From Myxococcales bacterium (GTDB taxonomy: Bacteria; Myxococcota_A; Polyangia; Polyangiales; Polyangiaceae), in the NCBI GenBank assembly GCA_043785185.1, contig JAYVXL010000160.1, positions 1 through 23,102 of the forward strand: a stretch of DNA of 23,102 bases, written 5' to 3'. A program made the translations under genes and the position numbers. The notes under the pieces were generated by a model, which worked only from the letters and a program-made list of their open reading frames with translations, did no database searches and had not been told where the DNA came from. Below are positions 7,556-15,608 of this stretch, one piece after another; position 1 is the stretch's first letter, and each line of letters begins with the position of its first letter.

Positions 7556-8842
7556 CTAGCGCTTCTTGCCGACGCACGTGCCTGGCCCGCAGTTCGAACA
7601 GTCGTTCGCGCACTTGTAGATGACCGAATCGTAGGCGCCGCTCGGAGCGAAATGCAGCACACCGGCCGAGAGCCCGCACGCGCTGGCCCCGAGATCGGAC
7701 GAGCAGGTGGACGCGTTGAAGGTGAACGTCGCGCCGTAGGCGGTGTACGAGCCGCCGCTTTGGGTGATGGTCGGCGGGATCGTGATGGTGATCGTGCTGC
7801 TGGGGATGACGCCGCAGACACCGCACGCCGAGCTCGAGCTCGGGCAGACGAAGTCCCAGGTCCCCGCGGCGCCGCACGGGTCGGTGGGTGACCCGCCGCT
7901 GTCCGAACGGCGGCCGCCGTCGATCGGCGGCGGTTTGGAAGGGTCCCCGTTGCAGCACGCCAGGTACGCCTCCGTGACCCCGCTGTCGTACGAGATGATG
8001 GGCGGGGGTTTGGGCTTGAGCGCGAGACCGAGGCCGACCGCCCGCGCCACCGCTGCCACGCAGAGATCGCGCGAGCCGGGGTCCATCGCTTCGGCACACG
8101 TCCAAGCCCCTTGCTTCGCGACGGTCTCGAAGGCGCCCGCTGCCGTGAAGAACACCAAATCGGCGCCGCCCGGGAGGGGGCAACTCGAGCACGTGCTGCC
8201 CCCGAGCATGTGAAGGTCCTGGGCGGAGAGATCGCCAGGCGGCGCGGTCGGCGCGGTCGACGCGGACGAGGAGAGTGGCCCGAGATAGTCCGTGCTGGGC
8301 GATTGACACGCCGTGCACGCCGAAGGGCAAGCCTTCTCCGCGTCGCTCAACGCCTTGAAACAGCCCTTCGTCGTGGCGCAGTAGTAGGGCTCGAGAGGCG
8401 AGCAGCAGGCGCCCGTAGAGCCGCACGCGAACGTCGCGGTGGCGAGGCACTCGGGCGTGTTGCTGCCCGTCGTGTACTGGCACGTGCCGAAGGTCTGTCC
8501 CCCGACCGCGACGCGCAGGAGGTTGATGAAATCGGGGTCCGCGAGGGCTGTGGTCGAGGACGTGTTCCAGCGCCACGCCGACCCCTTCGTGAGTTGGCGT
8601 GCGCTCATGCCGTTGCGCGCATTGACCGTCTCCACGCTGGGGTTGCCGGCCATCACGGCGCGCAGCTCGGCGATCAGCGCGCTCTTATCGAGGCTCAAGT
8701 CGCCGCTCGAACCTCCGCTGGAAGTCGAGCTCGAGCTCGTCGAAGTCGACGGCCCTGACGGGAGACACCCCACCGTGACCGCTCCACCCGCCAGAGCCGT
8801 CGTGATCATCGCCCGCACAGCTCGCAATCTCGCTCGCCTCAC
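7556..8842 (-). CDS. Cys-rich lipoprotein, unknown function
   Basis: GTG (plus-strand cac) at 8840-8842, preceded on the minus strand by GAGGAGG with a 5-nt spacer. Signal peptide ...TTALAGGAVTVGC, then a Ser/Thr linker. The mature part is rich in Cys, including CC pairs. Stop at 7556-7558. Confidence 0.8.
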   Translation of the reverse strand: MRRARLRAVRAMITTALAGGAVTVGCLPSGPSTSTSSSSTSSGGSSGDLSLDKSALIAELRAVMAGNPSVETVNARNGMSARQLTKGSAWRWNTSSTTALADPDFINLLRVAVGGQTFGTCQYTTGSNTPECLATATFACGSTGACCSPLEPYYCATTKGCFKALSDAEKACPSACTACQSPSTDYLGPLSSSASTAPTAPPGDLSAQDLHMLGGSTCSSCPLPGGADLVFFTAAGAFETVAKQGAWTCAEAMDPGSRDLCVAAVARAVGLGLALKPKPPPIISYDSGVTEAYLACCNGDPSKPPPIDGGRRSDSGGSPTDPCGAAGTWDFVCPSSSSACGVCGVIPSSTITITIPPTITQSGGSYTAYGATFTFNASTCSSDLGASACGLSAGVLHFAPSGAYDSVIYKCANDCSNCGPGTCVGKKR

Positions 8843-8899
8843 TTAGACCTCCTCGCCGCCGGTTTTGGATAAACCCTAAAGACTTCACGGTAGGTGATT

Positions 8900-8935
8900 G
8901 CGCGGGCGCTCAAAAAGGGAAATGAGCGCCCGCGC
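8900..8935. repeat. Perfect 12-bp inverted repeat (GCGCGGGCGCTC / GAGCGCCCGCGC) with a 12-nt A-rich spacer
   Basis: Read directly from the sequence: 8900-8911 pairs with 8924-8935, and the spacer is aaaaagggaaat. It lies in the 346-bp divergent intergenic region between the 8842 (minus) and 9189 (plus) starts. No U-tract follows on either strand. Confidence 0.7.
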
Positions 8936-9188
8936 CAGGGTTACATGGGCGCGTGTGCGGCGTATGTCGCCCCCATCTCCGGTCGGCTGCGAGATCGGTC
9001 TTTACGGAATGAAGCTGCTTCCCGTAGAAGGGAAAGTGACGCTGCGAACGACTCGCAGACGCGGGCAGTCGACGCTCACGAACAGAGACGGCGTCGAACG
9101 GGGACGTAACGCAACGCGCAGACCGTGCAGGGACTCCAGGGTGCAACGGACCTCGGGACGACCTGACGGCCAAGGAGAAATAGTCGAT

Positions 9189-10049
9189 ATGAGCATTGGA
9201 ACGCCCTCGCCACGCTGGGCGATGATCGCGGTCGGCCTGGCATGCGTCATCGGACTTCCTGAGATCGCCTACGCCCAGGAGGCTGCGGACTCCGAAGAGC
9301 CCGCCCCGAAGCCCAAAAAGAAGAAAAAGAAGAAGGCTGCGACTCCCGACGAGGACGTCGTCGCCGCGGGAGAGGAGGCCGATGAAGAGGAGGCCCCGCC
9401 GAAAAAGAAGAAGAAGGCCGAGGAGGCGCCGGCGGTCGAAGAGGTCGACGTCAAGCGCCCCACGTGGAGCCTCGCCATCGAGCGGATCGGCGGAATGGTG
9501 TTCTCCAAAGCGGCCTCGAGCGACACGGACGCCGGCGTCTCCTTGTTCTCATTCGGGGTCGGAGGGCTCGCGCTCAATCCTTACGCCCTTCCGCGTGCCG
9601 GCATCGATTACATCCTTGCAAACAACTTGACACTAGGGACGGGTGTCGGCTTTGGACGACAAGCCCTCGGCACGTCGAGCAACGGCAGCAGCTCGGATGT
9701 CGGCAGCGTTTTTCTCTATACGCTTTCGCCGCGCGCAGGCTACCGCTTCGTGGTCGCGCCGAAGGTCGACATCACGCCGCGCCTGGGCGTGACCCTCGTG
9801 GGCGCGAGCGGAAGCAGTGGGAATCAGAGCGTCGGTGTCTTCGCGCTCGCGCTGTCGGCGGACAGCGCCGTCGCCTTTCGACTCACCGAGAGCTTCAACC
9901 TGCTCGCAGGTCTAGGGTTTGACCAGACGATCTCCGTGAGCGCGTCCCAGACCAGCGGCAGCGGGAGCACCTCCAAGACGAGCTCGCAGGACATCCACGG
10001 CGCGCTCTTCGCGATCCAGGCGTGGCTCGGGGTGGGCGGATACCTATGA
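9189..10049 (+). CDS. Exported protein: Lys/Glu-rich charged N-terminal region plus small outer-membrane beta-barrel-like C-terminal domain
   Basis: ATG 9189 is preceded by AAGGAGA about 10 nt upstream. Signal peptide MSIGTPSPRWAMIAVGLACVIGLPEIAYAQ. The charged tract is EEPAPKPKKKKKKKAATPDED...EEEAPPKKKKKAEE. After it come alternating hydrophobic Gly/Ser/Thr-rich strands ending ...AIQAWLGVGGYL. The upstream part of the track ORF (8898-9188) has poor coding signal. Confidence 0.8.
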   Translation: MSIGTPSPRWAMIAVGLACVIGLPEIAYAQEAADSEEPAPKPKKKKKKKAATPDEDVVAAGEEADEEEAPPKKKKKAEEAPAVEEVDVKRPTWSLAIERIGGMVFSKAASSDTDAGVSLFSFGVGGLALNPYALPRAGIDYILANNLTLGTGVGFGRQALGTSSNGSSSDVGSVFLYTLSPRAGYRFVVAPKVDITPRLGVTLVGASGSSGNQSVGVFALALSADSAVAFRLTESFNLLAGLGFDQTISVSASQTSGSGSTSKTSSQDIHGALFAIQAWLGVGGYL

Positions 10050-11338
10050 GACGTAGCGGGATCGCGCGCGGCGTCGCGGTCGTCATCGCGCTCACCGGAG
10101 CGACGATGACGCCTTTGCCGGCGCGTGCGCAGGCGACTGCGCCGTCCGATCCGGCGGCGGCGAAGGAGTGGAAGGACGTCCTTGACCTGTTGCAAAAGCA
10201 GGTGGATGCGCTGAACGAGGCGGATCGGACGCTCGCCTCCTTCATCGCATCAAGCAAGCTGACCGCAGCCGGAAAAAAGGTGACATCGGCGGCGTCGACC
10301 AAAATCGACGCCGCGCGCACTCAGCTGCAGTCGACCTTCGACGCCGCCAAGCTGCTGTCCGCCCGCCCGCAAAGCACCGTCGACGACGCCGCCCGCTTCC
10401 GCAACACGAACCTCGCAGCCATCTCGGAGGCCGGCGCCGCTGCGGAGGCAGGGCGTAAGGCAGCGGCAGACTCGACGCTCGTGGACCACAGCGAGGAGGA
10501 GCGGGCCGACGCCGCGCGAAAAGCTGCCGAGGCTACGACGGCACGAAAAGCTGCGGCGGACGCCGCTCGTGCCACTGAGGAGCAGAGGAGGAAGGACGCC
10601 GAGGACGCGCGCAAGAGCGAAGAGCAGAGGCGAAAGGACGCCGAGGACGCGAGGAAGGCAGCCGCCGTGAGCGCCGCCGCCGCTGCGGAGGCCAAGGTCA
10701 AGGCCGACGCCGATGCCAAGGCCTCGCAGCTCGCGCAGCTCTTGAAGGAGCAGTCCGACAGGTCGCGCGAAGTCAGCGCGCTGTTCTCGGGCTTCCTGAT
10801 GAAGACGAACCTGAGCAGCGACTCGCGCAACGCGGCCATCCGCGGCCAGAAGCAGCTCGACGCGCTCTCGCAAGGGCGGATGGGTTTGCAGGTGCGACTC
10901 GACGCGGTTAAGGAAAAGTCCCCCGCACAGGCCTCGAAGCTCCTCGCGGCGATGGCCGCGGAGACGGAGAGGGCCACCAAGGATCTCGCGCGGCTCGCGG
11001 ATGAGCAGAAATCCTTAGCGTCGAGTCCGAAGAGCTATTTCGGGGGCACTCCGCTCGGCCCGACGGCGCCGGAGTCCAAGGTCGCAGCCGCAGCGCCGGA
11101 GCCGACGCGCCGCCTTGAGGACATCGTGCCCATGTGCGAGTTCACCTTCGAGCCCGCGGACGGCAAACCCATGCAGCTCGCGATTGACGGCGGCCCTCTC
11201 CATGCACTCCCCAGCCGCACGCGGCTCGCCAGCGGCAGGCACGTGCTGATCGTCAAACGCGACAAAGCGACGGAAGAGCGACGTGAGCTTCTCCTATGCG
11301 GTCGGATCGCGACCGTTCCTCTCGACCCCGTCAAGTGA
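10046..11338 (+). CDS. Secreted Ala/Glu/Lys-rich coiled-coil protein with PEGA-like C-terminal domain
   Basis: ATG 10046 overlaps the previous stop as ATGA. Signal peptide MRRSGIARGVAVVIALTGATMTPLPARAQA. There is a long helical low-complexity region with a duplicated EEQRRKDAEDARK unit. The C-terminus PMQLAIDGGPLHALPSRTRLASGRHVLIVKR resembles a PEGA domain. Confidence 0.8.
   Translation: MRRSGIARGVAVVIALTGATMTPLPARAQATAPSDPAAAKEWKDVLDLLQKQVDALNEADRTLASFIASSKLTAAGKKVTSAASTKIDAARTQLQSTFDAAKLLSARPQSTVDDAARFRNTNLAAISEAGAAAEAGRKAAADSTLVDHSEEERADAARKAAEATTARKAAADAARATEEQRRKDAEDARKSEEQRRKDAEDARKAAAVSAAAAAEAKVKADADAKASQLAQLLKEQSDRSREVSALFSGFLMKTNLSSDSRNAAIRGQKQLDALSQGRMGLQVRLDAVKEKSPAQASKLLAAMAAETERATKDLARLADEQKSLASSPKSYFGGTPLGPTAPESKVAAAAPEPTRRLEDIVPMCEFTFEPADGKPMQLAIDGGPLHALPSRTRLASGRHVLIVKRDKATEERRELLLCGRIATVPLDPVK
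10577..10660 (+). repeat. Tandem 42-nt duplication inside the coiled-coil gene
   Basis: 10577-10618 encodes EEQRRKDAEDARKS and 10619-10660 encodes EEQRRKDAEDARKA. The differences are mostly synonymous (gag/gaa, agg/cga, cgc/agg). Confidence 0.85.
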
Positions 11339-11407
11339 CGGGGCGATACCGCAGTAGGGGCGAAGCCCCGCGACGCTGGACCTCATGACGAGACGGGATG
11401 AGCGGGA

Positions 11408-13951
11408 ATGAGAACACGAATTCTCTGGTGCTTGGGGTTTGCCACGCTCGCAGCGTGCGGTCCGAAGACGCATATCGCAGATAAAAATAAAGCCCTCGAG
11501 CGCCTCGCCGATGCGGACGAAATAGGCTTTGGATTCGAGCTTCAACCCGCGTGCGCGCTGCAGAAGAACGCGTCGCAGAACAAGCCCGGGGAAAAAGGGT
11601 GGGCCGGGGTCGAGGCCAAGTCGCTCACCAACAAGACCTTCAAAGTCATCGAACGCATCACGATGACGCCGGTGGAGAACGGCCACGAGCGCATCTCGGT
11701 CGCGCTGAAGTTGATGAGCGTGCGCACCAACGACGTGATGTGGCTCCGCAATACGCCGGCGAGCAGCGCGGAGGAGGCGACGAAGCGATGGTCGTGCGCG
11801 TTCGACAAAGCCGTCATCGCCAAGGCGTTACCCACCTTAAAGGCGCCGGTCGTCGAGCTGTCCGTCGCGAGCCAGGAGTGCCTCAGCATCGCGCCGATCT
11901 TCGGTGACGTCACCAACCTCACGTTCTCCCCGTATACGGTCACGGGCCGCACGCTCTTCGCGACGAAGAAGGGGCCCGTGGTCGGCGTGCGCCTCGAGGC
12001 GGAGGGCGGCGAGAAGGCGCTGACCGTGCCCGCGCGCACGCTCGAGCGGTGCTTCGTGCCGGCGGATCACCCGCCGCCTCCACCCGAGGAGGCGCGCCAG
12101 CTCGCCGGCTGGCTGAGGACGGGCGGCCCCCCGCCCAACGTCTCCGCGGACACCGCGCGAATCATGACAGGGCTGCAGCTCGAGAACTGCCTCAAGGAAG
12201 GGAGCGGGCTCACGACGCACCTCGAGTGTCGCATGCCGATTCTGCGGATCGAGGCGGAGAAAGAGGCCGGACCCTACGGCCCGCCGACCATTCGCCTCGA
12301 ACGCGATCGATTCGTCGACGCGGTCCACCTCTACGCCAAGCGCCTCATCGCGACGAGCGACGTCGTCACCGTCAACGCCGCCGTTCGCCTGCGTGGCAGC
12401 TCCCCGGCGGTGGCGAAGGCGTTCAACGTCGAGCTTGAAAAGACGCTCGTCGACGCCGCATCGAAGCAGAGGCGCGCCGAGAACGCGTTTCGCTTGCTGC
12501 GGGCGACCGACGTAGCCGCGGGCGTGCCTGCTTCGCATTGGGTCGACATCGAGCTCGCTTTCAACATCCCCGAGGTGGCGATCACCACCGAGACGCGGAC
12601 CCACAAATACGTCGCCGGCCAAAAGACAATCAACAATCCCAAGCACGCGGAGGCCCAGCGCGACGTCGAGACCAAGCGGCGCGAGCTTCGGAGCGCGAAG
12701 CAGGCGCTCGAAAGCGCGGAGCGCCTGGCCGCGTCGGCCGGCGACTCCGCCGAGGAGCTTTGCAAGAAGGGGACGTCGCAGGCGGCCGACAAATTGCCGT
12801 TTGGTCTCGGCGCCGTCGCCGGAAGTGTCGCGGGCTCGGCGTGCAAAAAAGGGGTCGAGAAGGCGGTGACGAGCGCCGAGAAGAGCGACGTCGAGCGCAA
12901 GCAACGGGAGCTCGAAGAGGCGGAGACCGCGCTCGAAGGGGCCTCGCGAACGATCGCGGTCGACGATCAGCGCACCTACAGCTACCAAGCGAAGGTTTAT
13001 CGAAGGAGCGGCGACGCGACCGCGCGCCTGACGATCGCCTCGGCCAGCACCCAAGCCGCGCCGCTGCTCTCGACGACCGTGACCTTCCACTTCGAGGCCA
13101 GCGACTTCGAGCACGCGGCCAGCCCCGAGCATTTCCTCTCGGCGAAGACGGCGAAGACGCCGAGCGACGAGGACGTAGAGCATCAGCTCGCGGCGAGCCT
13201 CCTGCCCCGAATCGACGAAGCCATCATCAAGTGGGCGGCGCAAAGGCAAGTCGGCGGCGACATCGGCGACCTCGAGCCGGGGACGCGTTCGTGGATGGTC
13301 GCGGTCGCGCGCAACGCGGCCAGTGATCGGCCGGTCAAGCTCGTGAGCGATCTCCTGGAGACACGACAGGAGGAGCTCGAGAAGGCCGACCTCGTGTTCC
13401 CCGTGACGATGCCGAAGACGCTGGAGAAGCGCTGCTTCACGTTCGCAGCCATTCCGCTCGTCGCGACGGCGGACGTCAACCTGGAGCTCGGTCGCGTGAA
13501 CGGCGACTCGTTCGTGCCGTATGCGCGCGACGCGAGGTCGAACCCCGACGCGGCGTTCGAGGTCTGTGGGCTCCCGATGGCGGACTACGCTGTCCGCGCG
13601 ACCTTCGCATCCAAGAAGATCTCGACGAAGGGTGTGCTGGTTTCGATGTTCGAGTCCACTCCCGGCGGCGCGACCAACCAGGATACAATCGCCGCGAGCA
13701 AAGGCATTCCCACCAAGCCGCGGAAGGGCGAAGAGCTCGCCTTGAACGGCGAGGGCATCGTCCAATACCGTGGGACGAACAACAAGGTCGTCACGGGCAA
13801 GACGGGCGATCGCGACGGGGATGGGATCCTCGACGACGACGATCGCTGTCCGTACGACCCCGAGACGATGAACGGTTATCTGGACGAAGATGGCTGTCCC
13901 GACGTGCCGCCGGCGGGCGCCGCAGCGGAAAAAACCAAGGGGACGCCGTGA
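11408..13951 (+). CDS. Large (847 aa) lipoprotein with C-terminal thrombospondin type-3 (calcium-binding) repeats
   Basis: ATG 11408. The signal peptide MRTRILWCLGFATLAAC has a canonical lipobox. The C-terminus GDRDGDGILDDDDRCPYDPETMNGYLDEDGCPD is a TSP3-type Asp-rich repeat pair. A coiled-coil segment lies near residues 430-500. I do not recognise the rest. Confidence 0.85.
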   Translation: MRTRILWCLGFATLAACGPKTHIADKNKALERLADADEIGFGFELQPACALQKNASQNKPGEKGWAGVEAKSLTNKTFKVIERITMTPVENGHERISVALKLMSVRTNDVMWLRNTPASSAEEATKRWSCAFDKAVIAKALPTLKAPVVELSVASQECLSIAPIFGDVTNLTFSPYTVTGRTLFATKKGPVVGVRLEAEGGEKALTVPARTLERCFVPADHPPPPPEEARQLAGWLRTGGPPPNVSADTARIMTGLQLENCLKEGSGLTTHLECRMPILRIEAEKEAGPYGPPTIRLERDRFVDAVHLYAKRLIATSDVVTVNAAVRLRGSSPAVAKAFNVELEKTLVDAASKQRRAENAFRLLRATDVAAGVPASHWVDIELAFNIPEVAITTETRTHKYVAGQKTINNPKHAEAQRDVETKRRELRSAKQALESAERLAASAGDSAEELCKKGTSQAADKLPFGLGAVAGSVAGSACKKGVEKAVTSAEKSDVERKQRELEEAETALEGASRTIAVDDQRTYSYQAKVYRRSGDATARLTIASASTQAAPLLSTTVTFHFEASDFEHAASPEHFLSAKTAKTPSDEDVEHQLAASLLPRIDEAIIKWAAQRQVGGDIGDLEPGTRSWMVAVARNAASDRPVKLVSDLLETRQEELEKADLVFPVTMPKTLEKRCFTFAAIPLVATADVNLELGRVNGDSFVPYARDARSNPDAAFEVCGLPMADYAVRATFASKKISTKGVLVSMFESTPGGATNQDTIAASKGIPTKPRKGEELALNGEGIVQYRGTNNKVVTGKTGDRDGDGILDDDDRCPYDPETMNGYLDEDGCPDVPPAGAAAEKTKGTP

Positions 13952-15600
13952 CGCGCATCCTGGTCCGTCGCCTTTCAATCGCCGCTGCGGTCATCGCCTC
14001 GATCTTCTTTGCGCTCACGGCGGCGCCCGCTTTTGCGCAACCGAAGCCCGTCGTTCTCGCTCCGACGGCGGCCGAGCTCGCGACCTACAAGCGGCACTTC
14101 GACACCGCCACCAAGCTCGCGCAAGCCCAGGCCTTCGACGTCGCGGCGGGCGAGTTCGAGGCGGCCTACGCCGCCGTGAAAAACCCGCAAGCGCTTCGTC
14201 AGGCGCTCGAGGCATACAAGCAGCTCAAGCTCTCGGTGAAGGCTACGCAAGCGGCGAAGCGCCTCTTGCAGGACCACGCCAAGGACTTAAAGCCCAAAGA
14301 GAAGAAGGACCTCGTCGACCTCGTCGCTCAGCTCGCGCCGAGCATCGGGCAGATCGAGTTGAAGGCGAGCGAGCCCTCGGCCGACGTGCTCGTCGACGGG
14401 CAGCCCGCGGGGACGACGCCGTTGCCTGCCCCTCTCGACCTGGACATCGGAGCCCACAAGCTCTCACTCAAGAAAGCGGGATTCGAGCAGTCCGAGAAGG
14501 ACGTCGTGGTGGCCAGTCGACACTTGGACGTGGTCGACGTGACGATGGAAAAGGAGATCGTCTCCGGCAAAGTGACGGTGTCCGAGCGCAGCGGTACCGT
14601 CATGGACGTCGTCGTCGACGGCAAGGTCGTGGGGCCCACGCCGTGGACGGGCGATCTGTCACTCGGCGCGCACGAAGTGGCCGGCAAGAGCCCGACGGCG
14701 GAGGCGCCGTCCCAGAAGTTCGACGTCGTCAAACGAAAGCCCCTCACCGTGGAGCTCGTCGCGGTTCCGACCGTCGGCAAGCTCGAAGTGTCGATCGCCG
14801 ACGGCAAGGGCGTGATCCTCGTCGACGCGAAGGCGGCCGGCGAAGGGAAGGCGTCGATCGATTTGCCCGTCGGGCAGCACACGCTCGTCGTCGCCCGTCC
14901 GGGCTTCGTGCGCGTGGAGCGCCTCGTCGACATCGTCGCGGGAAAGTCCGTCGCCATCGCGCTCGTGCTCGAGCCGGCGAAGCCGGTCGTCGCGCCAGAG
15001 GTTGAACGTCCCTACGAGGGCGTCTACGGTGGCGTCATCTTCGCCGGCCTGCTGCAGCCGGGCGCGACAGGCAATCAGCTCCAAGTCCGCTGCGGCGACG
15101 TCGGTGGTCCCTGCACGGACGACTCCACCAAGGGGGGCGGGATACTCGGATTCGCCGGCTATACCTGGCGCTACATCGGAGTCGACCTCCTGTTCGGCGG
15201 CTCGGGCGACGTCTCCTCGCCCGGCGCGGTAACTCCCGGCGGTGGCCACAGTGGCTACGACATTTACAGGCTGGGAGGGCTCGCGGCTTTGCGAGTTCGC
15301 GCCGCCGTCCAAACGCACTCGGTGCGAGCGGCGCTTGCGGTGGGCGGCGGGCTCTCCGAACGCTGGGTCGGGGCACACAGCACGACGACCGATTACACGT
15401 CGCTCCTGGGCCTCGTCGACGGCTCATTCGCGCTGCGGACCTCGCCCACGACGGCGATCGCGGTCGGCGCGCTCCTGATTGCCGAGCACGCGGGCTACGG
15501 CGCATACATCAACGTGCCGGAGTCGCGGACTCCGTTCCTGCTTTTCACGGGGCCGCAATACCTCGCCATGCCGTACATCGGCCTTCAGTTTGGACCGTGA
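13948..15600 (+). CDS. Exported PEGA-domain protein with C-terminal beta-barrel-like domain
   Basis: GTG 13948 overlaps the previous stop as GTGA. Signal peptide ...IASIFFALTAAPAFAQ, then an N-terminal helical (TPR-like) region. There are at least three PEGA-type modules: VLVDGQPAGTTPLPAPLDLDIGAHKLSLKKAGF, VVVDGKVVGPTPWTGDLSLGAHEV, and ILVDAKAAGEGKASIDLPVGQHTLVVARPGF. The Gly/aromatic-rich strands end ...MPYIGLQFGP. Confidence 0.85.
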   Translation: MTRILVRRLSIAAAVIASIFFALTAAPAFAQPKPVVLAPTAAELATYKRHFDTATKLAQAQAFDVAAGEFEAAYAAVKNPQALRQALEAYKQLKLSVKATQAAKRLLQDHAKDLKPKEKKDLVDLVAQLAPSIGQIELKASEPSADVLVDGQPAGTTPLPAPLDLDIGAHKLSLKKAGFEQSEKDVVVASRHLDVVDVTMEKEIVSGKVTVSERSGTVMDVVVDGKVVGPTPWTGDLSLGAHEVAGKSPTAEAPSQKFDVVKRKPLTVELVAVPTVGKLEVSIADGKGVILVDAKAAGEGKASIDLPVGQHTLVVARPGFVRVERLVDIVAGKSVAIALVLEPAKPVVAPEVERPYEGVYGGVIFAGLLQPGATGNQLQVRCGDVGGPCTDDSTKGGGILGFAGYTWRYIGVDLLFGGSGDVSSPGAVTPGGGHSGYDIYRLGGLAALRVRAAVQTHSVRAALAVGGGLSERWVGAHSTTTDYTSLLGLVDGSFALRTSPTTAIAVGALLIAEHAGYGAYINVPESRTPFLLFTGPQYLAMPYIGLQFGP

Positions 15601-15608
15601 GGAAAACA

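Noticed and set aside
8898-9188. Upstream extension of the 9189 gene (track start 8898, or ATG 8922 behind an AAGGGA motif)
   Set aside because: The extension is Arg-rich with poor third-position bias and no signal peptide. By contrast, ATG 9189 has a strong AAGGAGA site and is followed directly by a signal peptide.
9315-9336. Poly-A/G Lys-codon runs (9315-9336, 9401-9417) and the A6 run at 13929-13934 as additional frameshift sites
   Set aside because: None forms an X_XXY_YYZ heptamer in the phase of its gene. The coding signal stays in a single frame across them.
11408-11527. Low G/C third-position content at the start of the 847-aa gene (24 of the first 40 codons) and of the 9189 gene (31 of 40), as a possible sign of horizontal transfer
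   Set aside because: A mid-gene sample (12302-12361) is back to 18 of 20 G/C-ending codons. The dip is confined to the 5' ends, as expected for reduced mRNA structure around start codons. It is not foreign DNA.
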